A DNA stretch of 60,137 nt from positions 1 to 60,137 of the forward strand of contig DATKCM010000082.1 in the NCBI GenBank assembly GCA_035513195.1, given 5' to 3'. A program made the position numbers and the translations under genes. This document shows, piece after piece, positions 26,685-35,379 of the stretch (position 1 is the first letter of the stretch; every line of letters begins with the position of its first letter). This DNA comes from Acidimicrobiia bacterium. Lineage in GTDB: Bacteria; Actinomycetota; Acidimicrobiia; Spongiisociales; ZC4RG35. Under the pieces are notes generated by a model. It was not told where the DNA came from. It saw only the letters and a program-made list of their open reading frames with translations, and ran no database searches.

Positions 26685-27598
26685 GGTTCACGGTCGAGTC
26701 ATGGGATCCGGACTACGGGTCCCCATCGACAGCTGAACTGGAGGACGCCTCCGAAAACGTTGACGTCAACGTCGAGATGCCATCAGCCCAGTGGTCTCCG
26801 GTATTGCCCGAAGCCGAACCACTGTCCGACATGCTCTTCGTAGACGGGGTGCGGCGCGTCGACGCCAGTCTATGGATCGAACAACCGCCGGACTTTCCCG
26901 GCTTCGCTCTTGCCGCAACATACGCCGCAGGAGCGGTGAGATGCAACAGCCGCGCTGTCCTCGAGTCCGCGGATGTTGGCCGCGGCCTTTTCACCTCGTC
27001 CGCGGCTGACGACATCGACTCGGTTGTGGGCCTCTACAAGGTCAAGGCAACCAAAGGCACGACGTCGGAAGAGCTGTGGCTCGGCATCCAACAGCGCATG
27101 GCCGATCTCGAGGCGAAGGTAGCCCGCGAAGCAGGGCCGGCTGAGGTTGTGGTTGTCGACGGTCCGCTGTCACATCATCGTGAGATCGAGAACGCAGTTG
27201 GGTACATCAAGACACAGAAGGTCCAGTACCTCCCGATTGAACTGCGGCAGGTGCTCACCTCCTTGCTTCCCGGGTTCAGGACTCCGCTGTTCCTCACCAC
27301 CACGTCCTGGAGCCGATTCTCGTGGTATCTCCGCCTGTCCAACCACTCCGGCCCAGCAGGCGGCCTGGTTCGATGCGAGATCGACGGGGACATCGATCGG
27401 GTGCAAGCGATCCGACTGGCAGACCGCGTCAGCGCATCCCTGCCCCGGTACGCTTCCGACCGGCACAAGGATCCGCGCGCTCCCCAGAATCTTTATCCAA
27501 TCGGTGGGCTGGAGCGTGATCTGCGGCACCGCCTCGGCGACCGCGAAATGGCTATCCGAGCGTTGCGTCGGGCGGCGGTCGACGTAGGAGCCCGTTGA
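26681..27598 (+). CDS. nurA: NurA-like 5'-3' nuclease (HerA partner)
   Basis: 305 aa. Acidic-motif pattern MLFVDGVRRVD ... VVVVDGPLS ... GYIKTQK is consistent with the NurA RNase-H-like fold. GTG overlaps the rad50 stop (GTGA). It holds the last position in a herA-mre11-rad50 cluster. Confidence 0.6.
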   Translation: MRFTVESWDPDYGSPSTAELEDASENVDVNVEMPSAQWSPVLPEAEPLSDMLFVDGVRRVDASLWIEQPPDFPGFALAATYAAGAVRCNSRAVLESADVGRGLFTSSAADDIDSVVGLYKVKATKGTTSEELWLGIQQRMADLEAKVAREAGPAEVVVVDGPLSHHREIENAVGYIKTQKVQYLPIELRQVLTSLLPGFRTPLFLTTTSWSRFSWYLRLSNHSGPAGGLVRCEIDGDIDRVQAIRLADRVSASLPRYASDRHKDPRAPQNLYPIGGLERDLRHRLGDREMAIRALRRAAVDVGAR

Positions 27599-27608
27599 AA
27601 ACGCAAAC

Positions 27609-27633
27609 CGGGGGGCTCAGACAAAACCCCCCG
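27609..27633. terminator. GC-rich hairpin (CGGGGGG-N11-CCCCCCG) between convergent nurA and anti-sigma genes
   Basis: 7-bp G/C stem read directly from the sequence, 11 nt after the nurA stop. No U-tract. Confidence 0.4.
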
Positions 27634-27647
27634 ATTGCGATGTGGAG

Positions 27648-27665
27648 GACCGCACGGATGCGGTC
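27648..27665. terminator. hairpin GACCGCA-CGGA-TGCGGTC
   Basis: Perfect 7-bp stem with a 4-nt loop in the same convergent intergenic region. It could terminate either strand. Confidence 0.4.
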
Positions 27666-27729
27666 AAGTCAGCGATGGTTTCCCGGTCCGCCGACCCTTT
27701 CTGCATTCAGGGAGGAATGCGTTAGGGGT

Positions 27730-27981
27730 CTATTCGGCAGCGATCGAGCCTATGTCGGAAATGTCGGCATTCCGAATAGCGAGTAAATCGCCCGCCGGGA
27801 GAAAGTCGAGATAGCTGACATCGCTGTCGACCAGGGTTGTCTGGCTCGGAGCTGCAAGTGGCGTGGTCCCCGACGGGATAGGCACTCCGAGGCGGGCCGC
27901 TGGCGTAGCGCTGATCGCGACGATGATGACAAGGGCCGTCAGGGCCATCGCCCCGGACTGCGCCAGAGGCTTGGCGAGCAC
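27730..27981 (-). CDS. single-pass membrane protein, probably the TM + extracytoplasmic part of a frameshifted anti-sigma factor
   Basis: 83 aa from GTG 27981 with one TM helix (AMALTALVIIVAISA). The frame stays open upstream back to the sigma-factor stop. An N-terminal ORF (ATG 28124, MHSEMQRPEPPKIDRFVETLDRRL...) joins this frame if one base is added in the G6 run at 28011-28016. Confidence 0.4.
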   Translation of the reverse strand: MLAKPLAQSGAMALTALVIIVAISATPAARLGVPIPSGTTPLAAPSQTTLVDSDVSYLDFLPAGDLLAIRNADISDIGSIAAE

Positions 27982-28739
27982 CTTGAGCTCGCGAACAGGT
28001 TCCGAATCGAGGGGGGAAGATAAGCCCGTCGATAAGCCAGCGTCTCGAGTCGAAGCCTGCGGTCGAGGGTTTCGACGAAACGATCTATCTTCGGCGGCTC
28101 GGGCCTCTGCATCTCAGAGTGCATAGCCCGCCTCCTCCTGACCTGCTCCGACGACCACGCTGTTGTCGAGGTGGCTTCGCAACGTCTTGCGGGCGCGGGA
28201 AGCCGCAAGCGCGCAGCATTCGGCGTGATGTCCAGCGTGACGGCGGCTTCGCTGGGGCTCAGCCCGTCATAGGCGACCAACTCGAGAACCTCCCGCTCGG
28301 ATCGTGTCAGCCGCGCCATGGCCTCCTCCAGAGCCGGCGCCTGCCTGGCTGCATCGATGGCGGAAGCCACGGCGTCGTCCTCAGCTGCCGTGAAAACAGG
28401 GAAGACGTTGGAAACCTTGACCTCCAACCTCCTGTTGCCGACGTACTTCCTGCGCTGCTTGGCGAGGAGACGGCGGGCGATGCCGAAGAGCCACGGCAGG
28501 GCAGTGTCTGTCTCAGGCCGATAGCGATGCGCCGCTTGAAGTGCGACAAGGGATGTCTCGCCGACGAGATCGGCTACGTCATCAGGGTTGGCGCAGCGCC
28601 TTATCGAGTATCGGGTTATGGGCTCTACGTGCCGACGGAAGAACGCGGAGTATGAGTCGGCTGAGCCCGCTGATGCTGCGACCAGTAATTCCGCGTCTGA
28701 ACGGTCCACCACGGCTGCATTATGCCCTTGTGTGAGCAT
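27939..28739 (-). CDS. ECF (sigma-70 family) RNA polymerase sigma factor, C-terminus apparently frameshifted
   Basis: ATG 28739 (MLTQGHNAAVV...). Region 2 is LVGETSLVALQAAHRYRP..LPWLFGIARRLL and region 4 is LTRSEREVLELVAYDGLSPSEAAVTLDITPNAARLRL. After RLRL the expected RARKTLRSHL...* continues in another frame and stops at 28114-28116. As sequenced, the ORF runs on to 27939. Confidence 0.7.
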   Translation of the reverse strand: MLTQGHNAAVVDRSDAELLVAASAGSADSYSAFFRRHVEPITRYSIRRCANPDDVADLVGETSLVALQAAHRYRPETDTALPWLFGIARRLLAKQRRKYVGNRRLEVKVSNVFPVFTAAEDDAVASAIDAARQAPALEEAMARLTRSEREVLELVAYDGLSPSEAAVTLDITPNAARLRLPAPARRCEATSTTAWSSEQVRRRRAMHSEMQRPEPPKIDRFVETLDRRLRLETLAYRRAYLPPSIRNLFASSRCSPSLWRSPGRWP

Positions 28740-28786
28740 CCGTGTCAGGAAACTGCCCCCTTTGCGACATTTGGCGCGCTCAGCCG

Positions 28787-29203
28787 CTACAGCCCGATCT
28801 GGATATCGTGACGCTCGCCTTCTGCGAGGAGACGGTTCCTCTCCTCGGGGTCGAGTATCCGGTCGACGAGTACATGGCGTTTCCGATTTGTGGTCACCAG
28901 CACCAACCCACGTCGACGTGGCTTGACAATTGCAGCTATCTCCTCCCACGAAAGTGAGTGGTGTCGGAGGAGGCACACCCTGACCAGGCCGTTGGCGTTC
29001 ACTTCGACCGCCAGGGGGAAGTCAAATACGACAACGGCGCCGAGGAGGGTCCCGAGAGCGCCGAAGACAATCGGAACCGCGATCGGGGAACCCACGGAAA
29101 GTGTCAGTAGGGCCATCGCCAGGAGGAGTGGCGGCGTCGCCAGGGCGAGTATGACGCGAACCGTCGACTCGGAGATGCGCATCGGTTCCGTGGGTTTTTC
29201 CAT
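28787..29203 (-). CDS. membrane protein with C-terminal bacterial PH-like domain
   Basis: 138 aa. Two TM helices, then GLVRVCLLRHHSLSWEEIAAIVKPRRRGLVLVTTNRKRHVL, which resembles bPH-type domains. Confidence 0.5.
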   Translation of the reverse strand: MEKPTEPMRISESTVRVILALATPPLLLAMALLTLSVGSPIAVPIVFGALGTLLGAVVVFDFPLAVEVNANGLVRVCLLRHHSLSWEEIAAIVKPRRRGLVLVTTNRKRHVLVDRILDPEERNRLLAEGERHDIQIGL

Positions 29204-29236
29204 CGTCGTCTTACTCCCCGGGAAAGCGAAGCTATG

Positions 29237-30169
29237 TCACGTTAAGGAGTTTCCTAGATCTGAGCGACTGAGAGTGGCCCGTCGCGAGGCCAGAGCGGCA
29301 CCGACAATGACCATACCGACTCCGGCCCCGGCGATCGGTGCGATGACCTCGTTTCTGAATACGACACCGAGGATGAGCGCCACCACCGGGATCACATATG
29401 TGATGAATGTCGCCCGGGTCGGGCCGACCCGCCCGATCAGATTACTCATCATCACAAATGCAATGCCGGTCCCGAGCACCCCGACTGCCATTGTCGCAAG
29501 CAGAGAGTCCCAGGCGAACGAAGAGTTGGCCGCGCCGTAGACGCCGTAGGGGAGGACGAGGACCGCACCCATCCATTGCAGCCGTGCCATGATTGCCAGA
29601 GATCCGTATTTCTGCTGGAGCGGAGCGACGATGTTGGAAGCGAATGCGTAGCAAATCGTGGCGACGAGAACCAAGAGCACGCCGATCGCCGCCGTCGATT
29701 TCGAGCCGGCCGAGGGAAGAGCGATCGCGACCACTCCACCGAAGCCAATCAACAACCCGCCCACCTGGCGCCGGCCCGGCAGCTGTTTGAGTATCAAGGT
29801 GGCCACTACCGCGGTGAAGATCGGCGTGGCGCCATTGAGCATCCCGGCCACACCCGAGTCGATCCACTGCTGGGCGATCGGAAAGATGGTCATCGGGATA
29901 GCAATCCAGATCACGGCGAGCGTTGCCAGTGCCGGCCAGTCCGAGCGCGGAATTTTGGTTGGCCGGGTCTTCGATACCCCGTACATGACCATGGCACCGA
30001 AACCAACCCGGAGCAGGGTCACCAAACCCGGGTCGAAAGCGTCGAGCCCGATCGCCATGAACAGGAATGACGAGCCCCAGATCGCGCTGAGCCCGGCAAA
30101 CAGACCCCAGTCGGTACTGGAGAACGCCTCTCGGTTGGTTCCGTGGCTTGTTGTGAGTACGCGGGTCAT
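29237..30169 (-). CDS. EamA/DMT family transporter
   Basis: 310 aa with 10 TM helices in two EamA-like halves. FAGLSAIWGSSFLFMAIGL is typical of the first EamA repeat. Confidence 0.75.
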   Translation of the reverse strand: MTRVLTTSHGTNREAFSSTDWGLFAGLSAIWGSSFLFMAIGLDAFDPGLVTLLRVGFGAMVMYGVSKTRPTKIPRSDWPALATLAVIWIAIPMTIFPIAQQWIDSGVAGMLNGATPIFTAVVATLILKQLPGRRQVGGLLIGFGGVVAIALPSAGSKSTAAIGVLLVLVATICYAFASNIVAPLQQKYGSLAIMARLQWMGAVLVLPYGVYGAANSSFAWDSLLATMAVGVLGTGIAFVMMSNLIGRVGPTRATFITYVIPVVALILGVVFRNEVIAPIAGAGVGMVIVGAALASRRATLSRSDLGNSLT

Positions 30170-30221
30170 ATATCTCTGAACCCCAATTGGAACAGCTTGG
30201 TTGCTTTACTCTGACTCAGAG

Positions 30222-30857
30222 CTAACGCCGGTAGGGGTTGAGATAGTCCGGGAGATTAATTCCCGAGCGCAGGGCGGGATCGGGTATGGGTGTGCCCGAC
30301 ACCATCGCCAGGGGGACCACCCCTGCCCAGACATCTGACGCGAGGTCTCCTTCGTCGTCATCCGGCAAGCCACTGCTCACCTTGGCGGAGACGTTCTCCA
30401 GCGGGACTTCGATGGTTGCTGTCTGGCGGATCTCGCTTTCGGTGGGCCTCCGCAGTTCCTGGAGGCGGCCCGGGAGGAGAGCCTCCACCGTCCGATCGAG
30501 CGCGTCAATGTGCTCCTCGCCTTCAAGGATTCGTCCGTGACCGTGAACCACGACGCTGCGGTAGTTCGCCGATGAGTTGAATCCACTTCGCGCCACAACC
30601 AGGCCGTCGACGTGTGTGACGGCGATGCTGAGCGGGCTGTCCCGTCGTACCGCGCCCGCTATGCCTGAGGATGTCGAACCGTGGAGGATCATCGATTGGC
30701 CCCTGCGCACGTAGAGCGTGGGAATCACCACCGGGCGCTCCTGGGTGATATACGCCACGTGGCAGACGAAGCCCTCATCAAGGATCTGATAAATCGTCTC
30801 GACATCGGAGACAGCCTTCTCGGCCAGTCTCCGGATCCGGGTGGGTTCCGATGCCAT
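30222..30857 (-). CDS. pyridoxamine 5'-phosphate oxidase-like FMN-binding split-barrel protein
   Basis: 211 aa. CHVAYITQERPVVIPTLYVRRGQSMILHGS and SVVVHGHGRILEGEE match the PNPOx-like/flavin-nucleotide-binding family pattern. Its ATG overlaps the gpsA stop by 1 nt (TAATG). Confidence 0.7.
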   Translation of the reverse strand: MASEPTRIRRLAEKAVSDVETIYQILDEGFVCHVAYITQERPVVIPTLYVRRGQSMILHGSTSSGIAGAVRRDSPLSIAVTHVDGLVVARSGFNSSANYRSVVVHGHGRILEGEEHIDALDRTVEALLPGRLQELRRPTESEIRQTATIEVPLENVSAKVSSGLPDDDEGDLASDVWAGVVPLAMVSGTPIPDPALRSGINLPDYLNPYRR

Positions 30858-31852
30858 TACTCGGGTTTTGCTTCTCTCGTCATCAGGCTGAGCATGGCTT
30901 CTTTCGGATCCATCCCTTCGTACAGCACCTTGCCGACGTGGCTAGCTATTGGCATGTCCACATCGAACCTGGCGGCGAGATCGAGGACAGCCCTCGTCGT
31001 GTTAACCCCCTCAGCCACCATGTTCATGTCATCAATCACTTCCGTCAAAGAATTTCCGCGTGCCAACCCGAAACCAACCCTGTGGTTTCGGCTTTTGTCC
31101 GAGACGCAGGTCGCGATCAGGTCGCCCATTCCGGCGAGACCAGCGAAAGTCCCGGGCCGTCCACCGAGGCGAACGCCGAGCCGGGTCAACTCTGCAAGCG
31201 CTCGTGTGATGAGAGTGGCGCGTGTGTTGTCTCCAAAACCCAGCCCGTCGGACATCCCGGCGGCAATCGCCATGACGTTTTTGAGCGCACCACCCAATTC
31301 GGACCCGACAACGTCGTCGTTGGTGTAGACCCGGAAGAGGGGAGCCATGAAGACGCTCTGGACTCTCTCAGCAGTCTCGGAATCGCCTACCGCGATCACT
31401 GTTGCTGTCGGCTGTGACGAGGCTATTTCGCTGGCGAGGTTTGGCCCGGTGAGCACTCCGATCCGAAGGGGGTCGTGGCGGGGCATCAGTTCATGGATGA
31501 TTTCGGTCATCCGAAGCAGCGACTCCTGCTCGATTCCTTTCGTGAGGGAGATGACCGGAGTCCGATCGGGTACGAGCGGGATGATCTCCGTGAGGACGCC
31601 TCTGAAGCCATGTGACGGCACGGCCATCGCGATCATGTCGACGCCGTCGACCGCCCGGGACAGGTCGGCTGTCGCCTCTATTGCGGAAGGGAGCTCACAC
31701 CCCGGCAAGTATTGGCTGTTGGTCCTCGAGGAGTTGATTTCTTCGACGACATCCTCCCGTCGCGCCCAGAGTTGGACAGAGGTGTTGGCAGCGGCGAGCC
31801 AGGCCGCGGTGGTTCCCCAGGAACCGGCGCCGATAACCGCGATCTTCTCCAT
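30857..31852 (-). CDS. gpsA: NAD(P)H-dependent glycerol-3-phosphate dehydrogenase
   Basis: Start trimmed to ATG 31852 (MEKIAVIGAGSWGTT). GALKNVMAIAAGM and GDLIATC motifs are present. TACCGT lies at -12..-7 of the ATG with no SD. Confidence 0.9.
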   Translation of the reverse strand: MEKIAVIGAGSWGTTAAWLAAANTSVQLWARREDVVEEINSSRTNSQYLPGCELPSAIEATADLSRAVDGVDMIAMAVPSHGFRGVLTEIIPLVPDRTPVISLTKGIEQESLLRMTEIIHELMPRHDPLRIGVLTGPNLASEIASSQPTATVIAVGDSETAERVQSVFMAPLFRVYTNDDVVGSELGGALKNVMAIAAGMSDGLGFGDNTRATLITRALAELTRLGVRLGGRPGTFAGLAGMGDLIATCVSDKSRNHRVGFGLARGNSLTEVIDDMNMVAEGVNTTRAVLDLAARFDVDMPIASHVGKVLYEGMDPKEAMLSLMTREAKPE

Positions 31853-31902
31853 GAATCCACGGTAGTGGTGTACTGGTTGCGACGGCCTAACCTGCAACGC
31901 AG

Positions 31903-32985
31903 ATGAGCCTCTCCATGGGCATCGTCGGGCTCCCCAACGTCGGAAAGTCAACGCTGTTCAATGCGCTGACGAATGCCGGGATCCTGGCTGCCAACTATCC
32001 CTTCGCGACTATCGAGCCCAATACGGGTGTCGTCGCCATACCTGACGACAGGCTCCCCGCCCTCGCCCGTTTGTTCGATACCCGAAAGGTTGTGCCTGCA
32101 ACCGCAACATTCGTCGACATAGCCGGCCTGGTCAAAGGTGCGAGCGAGGGTGAGGGACTGGGAAACAAGTTCCTCGCGATTATCAGAGACGTCAATGCTA
32201 TCTGTCACGTCGTACGCGCCTTCGACTCAGAGAGCGTGGTGCATGTTGATGGCATCCAGGACCCGGCGCGCGATATCGAAACCATCGAAACCGAGTTGGC
32301 CATCGCCGACCTGCAGACAATCGACAAACGTCTGGCCCGACTGGAGAAGGAAACGAAGATCGACCGGACGCTGGTCCCGAAGCTCGAAATCGTCCGGGAG
32401 CTCCGCAACGTTGTCGGTGCAGGTGAGATGGCCTCGTCCCGCCCCGACCTCATGAATCGAGTCGAGCTCTTCGCCGACTTCCACCTGCTCACCGCCAAGC
32501 CGGTCATCTACGTGTTCAACTGCGACGAATCAGTGCTCGGCGATGTCGCCGCCCGGGAGTCCCTCGAAGCGCTGGTTGCCCCCGCCATGGTCATCTTTCT
32601 CGACGCGCAAATCGAGGCGGAGCTGACCGAGCTCGACGACGGGGAAAAGAGGGAGTTGCTTGCATCGGTCGGTCAGGAGGAGCCGGGGTTGAATTCGGTG
32701 ATCAGGGCCGCCTACTCGACCCTTGGGCTCCAGAGCTTTCTGACGGGTGGCGAAAAGGAGGTCCGAGCTTGGACGATACGGCAGGGGGCAACCGCCCCGG
32801 AAGCAGCGGGTGTGATCCACACAGACTTCCAGCGCGGGTTCATCGCCGCCGAGGTCGTCGACTACGAGGTGTTGATCGAAGCCGGTTCCTGGGCGCGGGC
32901 CCGAGCGTTGGGAAAAGTGCGCACCGAGGGCAAAGGGTATGTCATGCAGCCCGGGGATGTGGTCGAGTTCAGATTCAACGTTTGA
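31903..32985 (+). CDS. ychF: redox-regulated ATPase YchF (Obg-family)
   Basis: 360 aa. [39 protein letters not shown]-terminal TGS-like [10 protein letters not shown]. Confidence 0.95.
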   Translation: MSLSMGIVGLPNVGKSTLFNALTNAGILAANYPFATIEPNTGVVAIPDDRLPALARLFDTRKVVPATATFVDIAGLVKGASEGEGLGNKFLAIIRDVNAICHVVRAFDSESVVHVDGIQDPARDIETIETELAIADLQTIDKRLARLEKETKIDRTLVPKLEIVRELRNVVGAGEMASSRPDLMNRVELFADFHLLTAKPVIYVFNCDESVLGDVAARESLEALVAPAMVIFLDAQIEAELTELDDGEKRELLASVGQEEPGLNSVIRAAYSTLGLQSFLTGGEKEVRAWTIRQGATAPEAAGVIHTDFQRGFIAAEVVDYEVLIEAGSWARARALGKVRTEGKGYVMQPGDVVEFRFNV

Positions 32986-33054
32986 GAGCGTTCGGCTAAC
33001 TTGCTTTCCGTGCTCTCAGCAACTGCCGCAACCGGCAACTCCTTCTCCGCTCCA

Positions 33055-35208
33055 ATGAGTGAGCACGAGGTATTGGTTTTTCTCGTCCAATTGTTTCTAC
33101 TGGTGGCGGTGGCCCGCGTCCTTGGATGGGTGATGAAAAGCGTGGGCCAACCACCGGTTGTGGGCGAGTTGCTCGCCGGGGTGATTCTCGGTCCGACAGT
33201 ATTCGGCCGAATCGCACCCGAGGCCTTCGAGTGGGTCTTTGGCGGGGCGACCGTGCGGTCGGTGATGTTCGGACTCGCCTGGCTCGGGGTGATCATGCTT
33301 CTGGTTGTGATCGGATTCGAAACCGATCTGGGGATCATCGCTCGCTATCGCGGTGCCGCTCTTTCGGTCTCGGCCGGAGCCCTTCTCCTGCCCCTTATCG
33401 TGTTCGGCAGTATTGGATTCATCGCCCCGGACTCGTTTGTGGGGATAGGGATGGACGCAGCCGGTACCGAGCGCTTCGTCTTTTCTGGTTTCTTTGCGCT
33501 TGCGTTCTCGGTCACAGCGTTGCCGGTTGTGGCGAAGATCCTGCAAGACCTCGGGTTTCTCAGGCGGAACTTCGGCCAAATCACACTTGCGGCCGGGATG
33601 ACGATGGACTCGGTCGGGTGGCTGATCCTTGCCGCCCTGTCCGGGATCGCGCAGGATGGGTTTCAACCCGACCTGTTGCTCCGATCTTTCCTCGGTTTGG
33701 TCCTCTTCATCGTCCTGGCATGGACACTGGTCAGGTGGATTCTCGACAAGGTGTTGAGATTCGTCATGGCCAAGGGCTCGTCGGTGACGGCTGCCCTTTC
33801 AATCACTCTCGCTGTTGCCCTGCTGGGAGGCGTCATCACACAGGCTCTCAGACTCGAAGCCATCCTTGGTGCTTTTGTCATGGGGATTGTGGTTGCCCGG
33901 CTCCGGCATCAACTACCCCAGGTGAGAGACACCCTGGAGACCGTCACTGCCGCCTTCTTCGCTCCGATCTTCTTTGCGTTCTCGGGTTTGCGGGTGGACA
34001 TTGGACTGCTCGACTCGGCTGAGACGATCTGGTGGACCGCTGGGCTCATCGTGCTGGCCTTGGTTGCCAAGATCATCGGGACCTTTGTCGGAGGCTGGTT
34101 CGGGAAGATCCGCGGCCGCGAAGCGCTGGCGCTGGGAGCCGGCCTTTCCGCTCTCGGAGCGATGGGAATCGTAGTTGCCATCGTCGGGCTCAACCTTCAG
34201 GTCGTTTCGGAGACCGGCTACACCGTGATGGTTTTGGCCGCCATCGTGACCTCGGTTGTTTCCCCCCAACTTCTCCGCACCGTGGTCCGCGGATGGGAGG
34301 TCCCTCGGGAGGAGGCAGAGCGACTCGAGGCGGAAGAGATAAAGGATGCCTCCGAGATACTCGGCTCACGGCGAATTCTCATCCCGACTCGAGGCGGGCC
34401 CAACATCGCCTACGCCGCGCGATTGGTTGCGGCAGTCTTTCCCGATGCCGAAGTCACGGTTCTTGTGGTCGACGAGGCGGGGAGGGGGCCGCTCCGGCGT
34501 CTCCTCCGAAGGGCGGAAGGAACACCTGGAGACCCTGCGGCAGTAGTCGAGGTAATTCCAGACGCCCGCAAGGTCCGACGGCTGGCCTGGGACGCTGCAA
34601 GTGCCATCGCCAAGGAGGCCGCCCTCGGCTACAACCTGGTTGTGATGGGTGCAACCGAGTCCGGCGGTTCGATGTTCAACTCGATCATCGACCGGGTGCT
34701 GGGGAGAATCGACACTCCGATCATCGTCGCGAGATTCCCGAAATATCTGGAGGGCTTCAGTGATCTCCCCAAGCGCGTGCTGGTGCCAGTGGCCGCTACC
34801 AGATCCACGCGTGCGGCTGAGGAGTTGGCCTATTCGGTCGCCAAGACTGCGGGTGCCACCACCTTCGCTCTCCATGTTGTGAACCGACCCGAGGGCCAGG
34901 GAATGATGCTCAAGTCAGCGTCGGTTGAAGAGTCGCTGAGGGCTGGCCAGGAGATGGTGAGCAGCGCCGCGGCCTTTGGCGAGCGGCTGGGAGTTTCTGT
35001 CGAGACCGGTGTGCGGGTCGCGCCCAACGCTGAGGAGGAGATCCTCGGCTTCGCCAACTCCGGAGCATTTGACCTTCTGGTTCTGGGAACCAGCACCAGG
35101 GCGCTGACCGACCGCCCGTTTTTCGGGCACCGGATCTCCTACATCCTGGAAAACGCTCAGCTACCAGTGGTGGTTGTAAGTCTCCCACCAGCGAATTCGG
35201 GCACTTAA
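33055..35208 (+). CDS. CPA2 (Kef-type) cation:proton antiporter fused to two C-terminal universal stress protein (USP) domains
   Basis: Start trimmed to ATG 33055 (MSEHEVLVFLVQLFLLVAVARVLG...). About 12 TM helices including GELLAGVILGP. The C-terminal ~280 aa hold two USP-like units (RILIPTRGGPN... and RVLVPVAATRS...FDLLVLGTS). Confidence 0.8.
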   Translation: MSEHEVLVFLVQLFLLVAVARVLGWVMKSVGQPPVVGELLAGVILGPTVFGRIAPEAFEWVFGGATVRSVMFGLAWLGVIMLLVVIGFETDLGIIARYRGAALSVSAGALLLPLIVFGSIGFIAPDSFVGIGMDAAGTERFVFSGFFALAFSVTALPVVAKILQDLGFLRRNFGQITLAAGMTMDSVGWLILAALSGIAQDGFQPDLLLRSFLGLVLFIVLAWTLVRWILDKVLRFVMAKGSSVTAALSITLAVALLGGVITQALRLEAILGAFVMGIVVARLRHQLPQVRDTLETVTAAFFAPIFFAFSGLRVDIGLLDSAETIWWTAGLIVLALVAKIIGTFVGGWFGKIRGREALALGAGLSALGAMGIVVAIVGLNLQVVSETGYTVMVLAAIVTSVVSPQLLRTVVRGWEVPREEAERLEAEEIKDASEILGSRRILIPTRGGPNIAYAARLVAAVFPDAEVTVLVVDEAGRGPLRRLLRRAEGTPGDPAAVVEVIPDARKVRRLAWDAASAIAKEAALGYNLVVMGATESGGSMFNSIIDRVLGRIDTPIIVARFPKYLEGFSDLPKRVLVPVAATRSTRAAEELAYSVAKTAGATTFALHVVNRPEGQGMMLKSASVEESLRAGQEMVSSAAAFGERLGVSVETGVRVAPNAEEEILGFANSGAFDLLVLGTSTRALTDRPFFGHRISYILENAQLPVVVVSLPPANSGT

Positions 35209-35239
35209 CTCACTTACGCGTAAGATGGCCTCCGCCGAC

Positions 35240-35325
35240 AAAGCCGGTCGGGAGAGTCCCATTGGGACGCCGAAGGGGCAACATCCTCCAGAATCTCTCA
35301 GGCCTAATGGACCGTCCGGAACAGG
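35240..35325 (+). promoter_or_regulatory. glycine riboswitch, single aptamer
   Basis: GGGAGAG-TCCCATTGGGA-CGCCGAAGGGGCAA-...-AATCTCTCAGGC-CTAAT-GGACCG matches the conserved glycine aptamer core (GGAGAG ... CCGAAGGGGCAA ... CUCUCAGGC..GGAC). It lies 55 nt upstream of the gcvP ATG. Confidence 0.8.
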
Positions 35326-35379
35326 CGACGCTGAAGGCGGGGCCGACAGCGGGAGGGCAGCGAGTCAAGGAAACCCGAA

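Noticed and set aside
21471-27598. The HerA + SMC-like ATPase + nuclease cluster could be an anti-phage defence island. HerA-containing defence systems exist.
   Set aside because: There is no integrase, transposase, tRNA boundary, toxin-like effector (Sir2, DUF4297, etc.) or other defence genes nearby. The partners are canonical Mre11, Rad50 and NurA. DNA-damage-type promoter motifs precede the genes. A chromosomal repair role is better supported. Defence is not excluded, but nothing in the sequence supports it.
33126-34022. A 298-aa ORF in an alternative frame within the CPA2 antiporter gene.
   Set aside because: Its Arg/Gly/Pro-rich composition marks it as off-frame. The antiporter frame gives 12 clean TM helices.
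35326-35379. A second tandem glycine aptamer downstream (or upstream, 35209-35239) of the identified one.
   Set aside because: Neither flank contains the GGAGAG ... GAAGGGGCAA ... CUCAGGC core elements. I interpreted the element as a singlet riboswitch plus its expression platform.
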